Of a stretch of 64,000 nt of DNA, positions 10,789 to 20,822 are shown piece by piece. Below the pieces are notes generated by a model that saw nothing but the letters and a program-made list of their open reading frames with translations, had not been told where the DNA came from and made no database searches. Source of the DNA: an uncultured bacterium (GTDB taxonomy: Bacteria > Chloroflexota > UBA5177 > JANWHV01); assembly GCA_963729625.1 (NCBI GenBank), contig CAVSOU010000004.1, positions 1 to 64,000 of the forward strand, written 5' to 3'. A program made the translations under genes and the position numbers. Each line of letters starts with the position of its first letter. Position 1 is the first letter of the stretch.

Positions 10789-11844
10789 ATGAAGCGGTTG
10801 CGAGTGGGTGTGATCGGCACCGGCAGTCAGCGCAAGCCCAAAGATGCGCAGGGTTCCGCCATGGCCTACCTACATGCGGCAGGGTACCAGGCACTTCCTG
10901 ACCGCTGTGAGCTGGTGGCCTGCGCCGACATTGTTCCTGCACATGCTGAGGATTTCGCTCAGGCGACGGGCGTTCCCGCAACTGGGGTGTTCACCGACCA
11001 CAAACGCATGCTGGCCGAAGCCATGCTTGATGTGGTGAGCATCTGTACCTGGCCGCATCTCCATGCCCCGCTCACCATTGATTGCGCGATCGCCGGTGTG
11101 CGTGCCGTCCACTGTGAGAAGCCAATGGCCGATAGCTGGGGCGCAGCACAACAGATGGTCGAAATCTGCGCGCAGCGCGGGGTGCAGCTCACTTTCAATC
11201 ACCAGCGCCGCTTCGCGACGCCGTTCAGGAGGGCACGCGCACTGCTCAAGGACGGTGCAATCGGGGATCTCCTGCGCGTGGAGGTGAGCTGCGACAACAT
11301 TTTCGATTGGGGCACCCACTACATCGATATGTGCGGCTTCTACGTGGGTGATGAGCCGGCCGCGTGGGTACTGGGTCAGGTGGACACCCACGCTCCCAGC
11401 CGCATCTTCGGCGTGCCGGTAGAGCGTCAGGCGCTGGGGCACTGGCGCTATCCCTCAGGTGTGTTCGGGCTGATCGCCGCGGGCAGCAGTGCTTCAATGG
11501 TCGAGGTGGACAACCGGCTGATCGGCACAGCGGGTGTGATTGAGCTGGGTGTCCCAGAGGGACCGTACGTGCGTATCCTTCGCGATGGCGCGGCCACGTG
11601 GGAGGAAATCGACACCGGGGGCGAGGGCCTGCATGACGATGTGTCCGTTGAGCGAGGCATCGCCGACCTGATCGATGCGCTGCTGCAGGAACGGGAGCCG
11701 GAGCTGAGTGCCAGGCGCGCCCTCCAGGCAACGGAGATCATCTTCGCACTCTATGAGAGCAGCCGGCGGCGCAGCGTCGTACCGCTGCCTTTGACTATCC
11801 TGGATCATCCGCTGCTCAGCATGGTTCAAGGGACACTCACATGA
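10789..11844 (+). CDS. Gfo/Idh/MocA family oxidoreductase
   Basis: RVGVIGTG, DVVSICTWPHLH, VHCEKPMA, NHQRRF, DWGTH. Confidence 0.93.
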   Translation: MKRLRVGVIGTGSQRKPKDAQGSAMAYLHAAGYQALPDRCELVACADIVPAHAEDFAQATGVPATGVFTDHKRMLAEAMLDVVSICTWPHLHAPLTIDCAIAGVRAVHCEKPMADSWGAAQQMVEICAQRGVQLTFNHQRRFATPFRRARALLKDGAIGDLLRVEVSCDNIFDWGTHYIDMCGFYVGDEPAAWVLGQVDTHAPSRIFGVPVERQALGHWRYPSGVFGLIAAGSSASMVEVDNRLIGTAGVIELGVPEGPYVRILRDGAATWEEIDTGGEGLHDDVSVERGIADLIDALLQEREPELSARRALQATEIIFALYESSRRRSVVPLPLTILDHPLLSMVQGTLT

Positions 11845-13172
11845 GCAATCTCAAGATCGTCCTCGTCGGCGGCGGTAGCGCCCAATGGACACCGGTGATC
11901 GTGCGGGACTTGATGCTGACCGCGTCGCTGAGCGACGCCGAGTTCGTGCTCTACGACATCAACAAGGGGGCGAGCGACCTCACAGCCGCGTTCTGCGTCA
12001 AGCTGGCAGCTCGGTTGGGCGTGCGGGCACGCTTCCTCTCGACCGACCAGCGCGAGCGAGCCTTTGAAGGCGCCCACTACATCATCATCACGATCACCAC
12101 CGGTGGCCTCAATGCCATGGCACATGACCTCGCGATTCCTGAGGATTATGGCATCTACCACACCGTCGGTGACACGTGCGGGCCCGCCGGCTGGGCCCGC
12201 TTGATCCGCAACTTTGAGGTGTTCGCGTCCCTGGCCCAGGCTATCAATCGCCACGCTCCTGGCGCGGTTGTTCTCAACTACACCAACCCACTATCCATGC
12301 TGACGGACGTGCTGGCACGACACCTTGAAGGGCAAGTAGTTGGGCTGTGCCACGGGCTCTTTGAAAACCTCGAGTTCATCAAGAACCTGTATGGGCTGGT
12401 GCGTGAAGATGATATCGCCGTGCACTATGGGGGATTGAACCACTTCTTCTGGATGACACGGGCCCGCGCCCACACCGCGGATGTTGTCGCCGACCTCACC
12501 AAGCGGCTCGAAACGCAGAGTTTCACCGAGCTCATGAGGCCATATGCCGACGACGCAGGGCCTGGGTCGGACAGGGAGGTCGCCACGGACCTCTTTCGTC
12601 TGACCGGCGTGCTGCCATACCTGGGCGACAGGCATACCTGCGAGTTCTTTTCCTGGTACATCACCAGTCCCGACAACATGCGGAAATACAAGCTCGTGCG
12701 CACATCGATCTCCGAGCGCACCGCGAACGCCGCACAACAGGCAGCTGACCTGAGAAACATGATCGAGCGAGAGATTCCTGATGACTTCATGACGCGCAGC
12801 AGGGAAACGGCGGCAGACATCATCGACGCCCACTCCCAGGGCCGGACGTTTATCGATGTGGGGAATCTGCCCAATGTGGGACAGATCACAAACCTCGCCC
12901 ACGGGGTAGTGGTGGAGACGGCCGTTCGGGTAGATGGGAACGGCTTGACGCCGCTTACATTTGGCCCGTTGCCGCGAATTGTCCAGGGCTTCGTCGAACA
13001 ATGGGCGATGATCTACACGATGACTGTCGATGCGTGCTTCGCCAAAGACAAGGCGCTCGCGCTGCAGGCCTTGCGGCTTGATCCAGTCTGCTCGCACCTC
13101 AATACGGCGCAGGTCAACGAGATGGGGGAGCGCCTGCTCGCCGCTCATAGCGCCTACATCACGGCGTTCTGA
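11841..13172 (+). CDS. Family 4 glycoside hydrolase (NAD+/Mn-dependent, alpha-galactosidase/MelA-like)
   Basis: KIVLVGGGS, VGDTCGPAG, LNYTNP, VGLCH, GLNHFFW, GDRHTCEF. Confidence 0.92.
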   Translation: MSNLKIVLVGGGSAQWTPVIVRDLMLTASLSDAEFVLYDINKGASDLTAAFCVKLAARLGVRARFLSTDQRERAFEGAHYIIITITTGGLNAMAHDLAIPEDYGIYHTVGDTCGPAGWARLIRNFEVFASLAQAINRHAPGAVVLNYTNPLSMLTDVLARHLEGQVVGLCHGLFENLEFIKNLYGLVREDDIAVHYGGLNHFFWMTRARAHTADVVADLTKRLETQSFTELMRPYADDAGPGSDREVATDLFRLTGVLPYLGDRHTCEFFSWYITSPDNMRKYKLVRTSISERTANAAQQAADLRNMIEREIPDDFMTRSRETAADIIDAHSQGRTFIDVGNLPNVGQITNLAHGVVVETAVRVDGNGLTPLTFGPLPRIVQGFVEQWAMIYTMTVDACFAKDKALALQALRLDPVCSHLNTAQVNEMGERLLAAHSAYITAF

Positions 13173-13201
13173 ACGATGCGAAAGCAGCGCTCCTCGATCT
13201 C

Positions 13202-15256
13202 ATGACTGAACTTACCGACCTCAGTCGGGTCTTCATCTGGAGTCCCGGTGACGTGACGCTCCAACCGGCACTCAACGACCGGCGTGTATCCGAGGTGCGG
13301 CGGCTGGATAGTCACAACATGGTGCCAAAATACGGCTCCCTCGAAGAGTGGCAGGCTCGCGCGGTTGCGCTGCGGCGCCACATCCTCCTCAGCACTGGTC
13401 TTTGGCCGCTGCCCGAGCGGACGGCGCTCAATCCCGTCATCTTCGGGCGTGTTGAACGCGAGGACTACACGATCGAGAAAGTCTATTTCGAAAGCTACCC
13501 CGGATATTTCGTGACCGGCAACCTCTATCGGCCCCTCGGCCGGGTGGGGCCATTTCCAGGAGTGCTCAATCCCCACGGCCACTGGGAGGAAGGTCGCCTC
13601 GTACACCATGAGCTTGGCTCACTTCCAGCCAGCGGCATTAGCTTTGCCCGTCAGGGGTGCGTTGCTTTTCTTTACGACATGGTGGGCTATGTCGATAGCA
13701 GGCAAGTGAGCCACACCTTCGCAGGCCCGGTGGAGGAGCTTTGGGGCATCAGCGTAATGGGCCTGCAACTTTGGAATAGCCTGCGGGCCGTCGATTTCCT
13801 GGCCGCGCTCCCCGACGTCGACCCCCGGCATCTGGCTTGCACCGGGGCATCAGGCGGGGGCACGCAAACCATCATGCTGACGGCTGTTGACGACCGGATC
13901 GCGGCATCGGCGCCGGTCAATATGGTCTCGGCCCATTTTCAGGGTGGTTGCGTCTGTGAGAACGCACCAAATCTCCGCCTCGCGACCAACAATGTCGAGA
14001 TCGCCGCGCTCATGGCACCCCGTCCGATGCTCCTTGTCGCCTGTACCGGAGATTGGACATGCAACACGCCTGCGGTTGAGTACCCGGCGATTAGAGAGAT
14101 CTACGCGCTGTACCAGGCAGAAGATCGGTTCCGCTACGTCCTCGTCGACGCCGAGCACAACTGCAATCTGGCCAGCCGGGAAGCCGTTTATGCGTTCTTC
14201 GGACAATGGCTGATGCAGGCACCGGCAGCAACCGATTGGCACGAAAAGCCCTTCACCATCGAGGCCGAGGATGCCGTACGGGTCTTCCCGGGCGCTGGAC
14301 CGTTGCCTGAGAGCATGAGCGCTCGCGACCTGGTCCGGCAACTGGTCAAGCGCGCCGGCGACGTGCTGGCACAGCACTGGCCCAAGCGGGCAGAGGACCT
14401 CACAACGTTCCGCGCGGTATTCGGTCCTGCTCTGGCGCACGTCCTGCCCGTCGAGTGGCCCGACGCTGTTGCGGCAGAAAGCATCGGCTCGACCGAGCAG
14501 GACCAATTTGTCGTGGAGCGGTTGCTGCTGGGGCGCCCGGGCCAGGGTGATCAGCTCCCCGCCCTGCTATTCCGTCCTAATGGTTGGAACGGCGGCTCGG
14601 CGATCCTGATCGTTCATGCCGCGGGCAAGGCGGCCTTGATCGATGCACGGTTGCGTCGCCCGGGCACCTTGATCCGCGAACTGCTCGCCCACGACCAGGC
14701 AGTGTTGGTTGCAGACGTGTTCCTGACCGGCGAGCATCGTATGCCCGCGGGCCGGGCCCGACGCGATCACGGCATCCCGTTCTTCACCACCTACAATCGC
14801 ACAGATACCGCCCTGCGCGTGCACGATGTCGTAACCGCCCTAGCCTACCTCACTGAACGGGTATCGCGATCCAGGCTGGCATTGGTTGGAATCGGCGAGG
14901 CCGGGCTGTGGTGCCTGCTGGCGCGCGCTCTGACACCCATGCCGGTGCCATCGGTCATCGATGTAGCCGGTTTCTCCATCGGCGATGACCAAAGCTACGT
15001 CGAGAGGTTGTACGTCCCTGGCCTGCGCGCAGTGGGTGGACTCCTGACGGCGCTGGCCCTTGCGGCGCCGGCGCCGACGTTCATCCATAACGCTGGCGGG
15101 AACTTCCCAATTGCGGATATCTCAAGATTGTATGATACGTTGGGCTGTCCCGATGCCCTGGTAATCCAGGAGGGCGAAGTGGCGAGCGAAGCGATCGTGG
15201 AGCGGTTGTTTGACGTCTCATCGTATCGATCACTTCACTCCCCAAGTACCGGCTGA
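13202..15256 (+). CDS. Acetylxylan-esterase-like tandem alpha/beta hydrolase
   Basis: EKVYFES.PG..VTGNLYRP, PHGHW, CTGASGGGTQT nucleophile elbow, and a second degenerate hydrolase domain. Confidence 0.8.
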   Translation: MTELTDLSRVFIWSPGDVTLQPALNDRRVSEVRRLDSHNMVPKYGSLEEWQARAVALRRHILLSTGLWPLPERTALNPVIFGRVEREDYTIEKVYFESYPGYFVTGNLYRPLGRVGPFPGVLNPHGHWEEGRLVHHELGSLPASGISFARQGCVAFLYDMVGYVDSRQVSHTFAGPVEELWGISVMGLQLWNSLRAVDFLAALPDVDPRHLACTGASGGGTQTIMLTAVDDRIAASAPVNMVSAHFQGGCVCENAPNLRLATNNVEIAALMAPRPMLLVACTGDWTCNTPAVEYPAIREIYALYQAEDRFRYVLVDAEHNCNLASREAVYAFFGQWLMQAPAATDWHEKPFTIEAEDAVRVFPGAGPLPESMSARDLVRQLVKRAGDVLAQHWPKRAEDLTTFRAVFGPALAHVLPVEWPDAVAAESIGSTEQDQFVVERLLLGRPGQGDQLPALLFRPNGWNGGSAILIVHAAGKAALIDARLRRPGTLIRELLAHDQAVLVADVFLTGEHRMPAGRARRDHGIPFFTTYNRTDTALRVHDVVTALAYLTERVSRSRLALVGIGEAGLWCLLARALTPMPVPSVIDVAGFSIGDDQSYVERLYVPGLRAVGGLLTALALAAPAPTFIHNAGGNFPIADISRLYDTLGCPDALVIQEGEVASEAIVERLFDVSSYRSLHSPSTG

Positions 15257-17298
15257 CCACCCATATAGCATTGCAGGATGAACCGGTAGCGCGCATCCTC
15301 GTCGTACCACATTCGAAAATTCGTCCCCCAGACGTTGTTGCACAGATTGAAGTGCATGCCATTGCGTACTGGGGGCTGTCGGTTATTGAAGTTGAGCAGG
15401 GAAGGAGCGCCCGGCGCAACCAGAGGCGCGTCCAGAGTCTCGATCCTTAGGCCACCTGCCTGATCGCTATAGGTCACGTCACTGCCCACCGCGTGCAGCG
15501 TCCGGTTGCCATTGCGCACCACGCGAAGCGGTGAGATGCGCTCGCCCATCATGTCCATGTGCCACCCGGAGCGCTCAGGCGCAATCGGCTTGAACGAGAG
15601 CCAATGTGCCTCGGGCAAGCGGCAGGCCGGTTTCTCGAACCACTGCAGGTCGAGGTAAACCGCGGGGACGTCGTTAGGCAGGATCAGCTGCAACGCGAGG
15701 GCCCGCGGCGCGCCGAAGCTTGTCCAGCTATCCTCCGGCATGGATAACATGGCCGTGAGCTCCAAGCCGAATTCGTGCTCGCGCCGATACAGCCCGTCGA
15801 GCCGAGGACACCAGGTGCGGGCAACGGCTCCCGCCTGGGCGATGCCGGGCTTTGTCTGGTCAGGCCAGGACCAGACGCGCGTCGATCGTTTATTGATCAC
15901 ATACTGCCGCCAGAAGCGGTCGTAGTCCGCCTGCGCGAATGTCTGATACCAGTAGCTGGCCAACTGATTGCTCTCTGCCGCCCAGACGCGCCCGGTCTGT
16001 TTCTCCTGCAGATAGGCGATGGCGCCGGACTCTGGATTGATCCGTAGGATGAAGTGCGCGGTCTCGATGGCAGCTGAGGGGTCGCGCACGGGCTCCGAAG
16101 CGTCGAGGGAGGGTCGTGCCGGTACAATCCGTTGCAGCGCATCCACCGCCTCGCCACCTAGAGGTGAGCCCGCCAGGGCCGCGATCGCCTCACGCACGTA
16201 GGCGCGCTGCTCTTCCCACGAAGCCTCGAACCGCCGATAGCGCTCGCTCGTCCTTGCCGCCTGAAACTCCTGCGCGGCATAGTGGCTGTAGTCCGCCAGA
16301 AAGACCTTTTCGTCCAGGCCCCAGCTGTGCTCGGGGATCGGGAGCAAGGAACGGCTGAAGCGGACGAGGCGCGGATCGCTCGCTGCCACAGCGCCCGAGG
16401 CTAACCACCGCCGCCGCAGACGGCACAGCTCGCGATACTGCGCTACCTTGCCCGGATCGGAGCCGATGCCGTGAATCCAGGTGTCCCCGATCTCGTCCGA
16501 TACCCGTGGGAGCTGGGCTGTGCTCTGAAGCACTGCCTGGGCGAAGCGATCCATGGTGGAGGCGACGATCTCCGTCTCAGGAAAGCGCCGTCGTGTCTGC
16601 TCGAAGGTGGCCACAACCTGGTCGGTCGACGGTGGGCCGAGGTTATCGTCGGTGTGCGCGAACAGGATCGCTTCGTCAAGTCCCGGCACCATCATCAGGT
16701 CACCGTACGTCCCCTCCTGGTACATGACGACGAGCTCAGCGCCGCGAGGATCCTGCCAAACGAACACCGGCGGCACTGCGGGTGCCCGGCACGCCGGGTT
16801 AACGCCGATATGCAGGAACCGAATCCCCGCTTGCGCAAGCAGCGGCACGATGCCACGGGTGTGGCCGGGCACGTCCGTCATCTTGGCAGCTATCGTCTGC
16901 TTGCCGAAGCGGCGATCCAACTCCTGCGAAAGGCTCAGGCCAAACTCGAACAGCGACGGATCGACCAGCTCGCTGTGTGTGGTGAATGGCAGGCCGTGCC
17001 AGACGATATCGCCGGCCCGAATCGCCGCCTCAAGTCGTGCGCTCTCAAAGGGAGATGCCTGCTCCAGATACTCGTAGATGAGCCACGAGCCGGTTGTCCA
17101 GACAAAGCGATCGCCACCGCCCGCAGTCCGCAGATCATGAGCGAGGGCTATAGCCTGTGGTATATACTCTTCGAAATAGCGCGACGTCACCTCGCTGGCA
17201 AGCGCAGTGAACCCGATGTCAAGATGCGTCTTGAATACCACGTGCAATGTCCTCAGGGTACGTCCGGTCACCCCGGGGTCGGCGGGTTGCGCGCGCAC
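15235..17298 (-). CDS. DUF5054-type protein (GH38/GH57-like N-terminal barrel, putative glycosidase)
   Basis: HVVFKTHLDIGFT, FVWTTGSW, KMTDVPGH, EIGDTWIHG, EHSWGLD, HFNLCNNVWGTNFRMW. Confidence 0.8.
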   Translation of the reverse strand: MRAQPADPGVTGRTLRTLHVVFKTHLDIGFTALASEVTSRYFEEYIPQAIALAHDLRTAGGGDRFVWTTGSWLIYEYLEQASPFESARLEAAIRAGDIVWHGLPFTTHSELVDPSLFEFGLSLSQELDRRFGKQTIAAKMTDVPGHTRGIVPLLAQAGIRFLHIGVNPACRAPAVPPVFVWQDPRGAELVVMYQEGTYGDLMMVPGLDEAILFAHTDDNLGPPSTDQVVATFEQTRRRFPETEIVASTMDRFAQAVLQSTAQLPRVSDEIGDTWIHGIGSDPGKVAQYRELCRLRRRWLASGAVAASDPRLVRFSRSLLPIPEHSWGLDEKVFLADYSHYAAQEFQAARTSERYRRFEASWEEQRAYVREAIAALAGSPLGGEAVDALQRIVPARPSLDASEPVRDPSAAIETAHFILRINPESGAIAYLQEKQTGRVWAAESNQLASYWYQTFAQADYDRFWRQYVINKRSTRVWSWPDQTKPGIAQAGAVARTWCPRLDGLYRREHEFGLELTAMLSMPEDSWTSFGAPRALALQLILPNDVPAVYLDLQWFEKPACRLPEAHWLSFKPIAPERSGWHMDMMGERISPLRVVRNGNRTLHAVGSDVTYSDQAGGLRIETLDAPLVAPGAPSLLNFNNRQPPVRNGMHFNLCNNVWGTNFRMWYDEDARYRFILQCYMGGQPVLGE

Positions 17299-17812
17299 TG
17301 ATCTTGACTCCTTTGCTCACGAGAACGGTCCAAGCTGTCTTGCCTGACTGGTGCTCCAGCCTGCTCACCACGGCCCCGTGTCTCCCGTGGCTACTCTGCA
17401 ACTCTGCAAAAGGCCATACCGCTCCATCTGGTGCCGATAGTGGTGGAGTGCTGGCACACGTGCCAGACGACGACGTACATAGGAAGAGTATCGCATCATG
17501 ATGATCGCCTGGCGCATGGTATCGATATCCTGGCATGGACTGTGTAGACTGCACTCAGGAACGAACAAGTACCTTGACTCTCCGCCGGTGCGCTCCCGGC
17601 AGGGAGGCGCTGCCGAAGGATCCCGTATCGACGGCCTCTCAGTGGCAGCGATCTTCTCACATCGGCCGGCGAGTGGCGCGGCTCATGGCTATCGCCATAG
17701 AGAATGGATGCCTTGAGTGCTCGAGTGAGCAGGAGGTCGATTGCATGATGGCCGGCACTGCGTCCGTTAAGGAGCCTCGTGCAGCTGAAGGCTACCAGCG
17801 CAGAGGGTTCAT

Positions 17813-18598
17813 ATGATAAAGCTCCTGGCGGTGGACATAGACGATACACTTACGCACTCGGACGGGCATGTAAGCACAGCAGCCATCACGGCCCTCCAAC
17901 GCGCGCAAGCAGGTGGAATGCTGGTTGCCTTGGTATCCGCCCGCCCGCCAGCCGGGGTTGATGTGGTGGCAGACCTCTTGGGCGGGGACGTATTTCGGGT
18001 GAGCTACCTGGGAGCTGTGATTCGAGATCCGAACAGGAAGGAGGTACAGCGATTGTCCATGAGAATGGACGCCGCCAGGGCGATCGCCAAGCTTGCAGAT
18101 GATGCTGGGATCAGCCTCACCATGATGATCGACGATATCGAATATCATAGCCAGCATCTCGTCACCCCAGCCCTAACAACGAGTACAAGCGTAGCTCTAG
18201 CAGACGATGTGTTGATAGGAGGTAAGCCTCCTGCGCTGATTAGCACTGAAGGTTATGAGGGAGCTCGCTACATTTACAGTTTCTGCGCCGAGAGGTTCGA
18301 CGGTGCCCTCCATATGTCGCGCCACTTGATCGCTGATGGTACATACTCTTCTGTCACGATCGTGCATTCTACGGCCGAGAAAGGTAATGCTCTAGCCGCT
18401 ATCTGCAAGCTGCTGGCCATCACCAAGAGCGAGGTTTTGGCTATTGGTGATAACGAGGGCGATGCCAGCATGTTCCGATCAGCAGGAATCAGCGTGTCCG
18501 TGGGCGGTGCAGATGCGGCGGTGAACGAAACTGCAACCCACGTAGCCCCGTTTCTTGACGGGCAGGGGGTAGTCTGGGCACTCGAACGCTTCCTCTAG
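17813..18598 (+). CDS. Cof-type HAD-IIB hydrolase
   Basis: LLAVDIDDTL, VSARP, EKGNAL, AIGDNEGDASM. Confidence 0.9.
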   Translation: MIKLLAVDIDDTLTHSDGHVSTAAITALQRAQAGGMLVALVSARPPAGVDVVADLLGGDVFRVSYLGAVIRDPNRKEVQRLSMRMDAARAIAKLADDAGISLTMMIDDIEYHSQHLVTPALTTSTSVALADDVLIGGKPPALISTEGYEGARYIYSFCAERFDGALHMSRHLIADGTYSSVTIVHSTAEKGNALAAICKLLAITKSEVLAIGDNEGDASMFRSAGISVSVGGADAAVNETATHVAPFLDGQGVVWALERFL

Positions 18599-18801
18599 CG
18601 ATCTGAGCCATGCCGCTTCGGTGATCTCGAGAGCACATATGACGGTCGCGTTCACCACGATTGCTGACGATCCTCAAGACTGTCGCTGCGTGCACTGCAC
18701 GAAGTGCTACGATCTATTAGGCAAAAGCCGCAGGCTCTGGGATCGACAGAGGGTAACCTGCACGCTGAACGGCATAGTAGCTCATCGAGAATGGACGTGA
18801 A

Positions 18802-19671
18802 ATGGCAATTCCGCTCGGTCTACGCCTGACTGATGCACTCCGATGTCTGCCAATTGAAGATGTGGTGGCATTCGCGCAGCAAGCAGGTCTCGATGTGCTG
18901 GACCTCCCTGCAGATTTCACGGCGGCTGCAGCGGCGTGTCGATCACGAGGTCTGGGTATTGGGTCGGTGGATTGTATGGTGGCGGGCGAGCTGATCAGCG
19001 CTCAGGACGCGGTGCGCGAAGGCGCGGTTACGGCGCTCTGCGATCAAGTCGCCGCGATGGCCGGACAAGGTCTAGACACGCTATTTGTCTGCCTGGTACC
19101 ACAGGAGAGTGATCAGTCGATCGCTCACTCCCTCGAGTACTTCAAGGATAGCTTTCCAGCAGTCGCCCGGGCTTGTGAAGCTTCGGGCGTGCGCATCGCC
19201 TTCGAAGGCTATCCAGGACCGCCGCCGCACTATAACACGCTTGGTTACACCCCAGAAGTGTGGCGAGCTATGTTTGCGGCAGTTCCTTCGGCGGCCCTGG
19301 GGCTCTGCTACGATCCCTCGCACCTGGTGCGCTTAGGGATTGACTATGTTCGAGTGCTCGAGGAATTCCGTGACCGCCTGTATCATTGCCATGGCAAAGA
19401 TACTGCACTGCTCCCTGAGCAACGGTATCTCTACGGCAATGCCTCTCCGGCCCTGAGTGAGGCGCCCGCGTGCTCCGGAGGGGCATGGCGCTATTGCGTG
19501 CCGGGTGCCGGAACAGTGGACTGGGCGGCGGTAGCGGAAGCACTCGAGCGTTCGGGATACGCTGGGTGTGTCTGCATTGAGCTAGAGGACGCCCGCTACG
19601 ACGGCTCGGATGAGGCCGAGCGGCGCGGCGTGCTCAAGGCGATGGAGCACCTGGCGCGCTTCTTCCGGTGA
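18802..19671 (+). CDS. Sugar phosphate isomerase/epimerase (TIM barrel)
   Basis: RIAFEG, GLCYDPSHL, HCHGKD, PGAGTVDW, CIELED. Confidence 0.9.
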   Translation: MAIPLGLRLTDALRCLPIEDVVAFAQQAGLDVLDLPADFTAAAAACRSRGLGIGSVDCMVAGELISAQDAVREGAVTALCDQVAAMAGQGLDTLFVCLVPQESDQSIAHSLEYFKDSFPAVARACEASGVRIAFEGYPGPPPHYNTLGYTPEVWRAMFAAVPSAALGLCYDPSHLVRLGIDYVRVLEEFRDRLYHCHGKDTALLPEQRYLYGNASPALSEAPACSGGAWRYCVPGAGTVDWAAVAEALERSGYAGCVCIELEDARYDGSDEAERRGVLKAMEHLARFFR

Positions 19672-19810
19672 AAACCGCCAGGCGTCGTATGACCGGAGTC
19701 GTGCGTCAAGAGCTCGGGCCATGCAGTGTATCGGCACGTCATGGGAGGCGCGTTCGTATCTCATTTCCGGCTGTACCCGTTCCAATCGAACCCTGAAAGG
19801 ATGGAAGGAC

Positions 19811-20806
19811 ATGCTGCGAATTGGCGTGATCGGCTGTGGTGGCATCGCGGGCGCGCACATCTCCGGCTATCTGGCACTGGCAGATCGTGTGCGCGTTACC
19901 GCAGTGTGCGACGTGGATGACCGCCGCGCCGGTGCTGCTGCGGCAACGGTTGGTGAGGCGCGGGTTTGCAGCAGTATCGAGGACCTGCTCCGCAATCCCG
20001 ATGTCGATGCCGTTGACATCTGCCTGCCGCACCATCTGCATGCGTCCACGATCGTGGCGGCAGCGCGGCACGGAAAGCACGTGCTCTGCGAGAAGCCGTT
20101 GTGCACATCGCACACGGAGGCCGCAGCAATTGAGACTGCGGTCCGATCGGCCGGAATAACCCTGATGTGTGCCCACAACCAGCTGTTCGAACCGGCCATC
20201 GCGCGGGCGCGGGAACTGCTGCGGGCCGGCGCTCTTGGCGACATCTATCTTGCACGTACCTGCGATTGTTTCATAGCCGACAACACACTCGAAGGATGGG
20301 GCTGGCGCCGTGAATTGCGCACAATGGGCGGTGGCGAGCTCATCGATACGGGCTATCATCCTACGTACACCATGCTCTATCTGCTCGGCCTGGCCAATCA
20401 ACGCCCAGTCGACGTAACGTCGTTGCTAGGCAGGCACCGGCAGGTTGTGCTTGAGGGCGAGGACACGGCGCATGTGCTGGTGCGATTCTCAGGGGGTGCC
20501 ATCGGTCAGATACTCACCAGCTGGGCCTTTGAGTTTCCGCACGGATCGTACAGCTTCCACCTGATTGGCGACCGGGGGGAGCTCTTTGGGCGGGACAATG
20601 TCGCGACCTTCCTGCCGCGTGATGGCGAACAGCAGATCACAACATTTGAGGAAGTGAACAGCTATCACGCGCAGCTTCCGCAGTTCGTGGATAGTATTGA
20701 GAACCGCACGCGGCCGCTTCAGAACGAGGAAGACGGCATCGCCGTACTGAATGTGATTCTCGCGGCATATGAGAGCGATGCCTCGAAGCGTACCGTATCT
20801 ATCTAG
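19811..20806 (+). CDS. Gfo/Idh/MocA family oxidoreductase
   Basis: LRIGVIGCGGIA, DICLPHHLH, HVLCEKPL, GGGELIDTGYH. Confidence 0.93.
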   Translation: MLRIGVIGCGGIAGAHISGYLALADRVRVTAVCDVDDRRAGAAAATVGEARVCSSIEDLLRNPDVDAVDICLPHHLHASTIVAAARHGKHVLCEKPLCTSHTEAAAIETAVRSAGITLMCAHNQLFEPAIARARELLRAGALGDIYLARTCDCFIADNTLEGWGWRRELRTMGGGELIDTGYHPTYTMLYLLGLANQRPVDVTSLLGRHRQVVLEGEDTAHVLVRFSGGAIGQILTSWAFEFPHGSYSFHLIGDRGELFGRDNVATFLPRDGEQQITTFEEVNSYHAQLPQFVDSIENRTRPLQNEEDGIAVLNVILAAYESDASKRTVSI

Positions 20807-20822
20807 GCAGAAAGCCACAGTC

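Noticed and set aside
17300-17720. Possible degenerate GH36 alpha-galactosidase remnant on the minus strand (ASLPG.., RQAI..DAILFLC, CRVATGDTGPW)
   Set aside because: The similarity is spread over several frames and too weak to support without a profile search.
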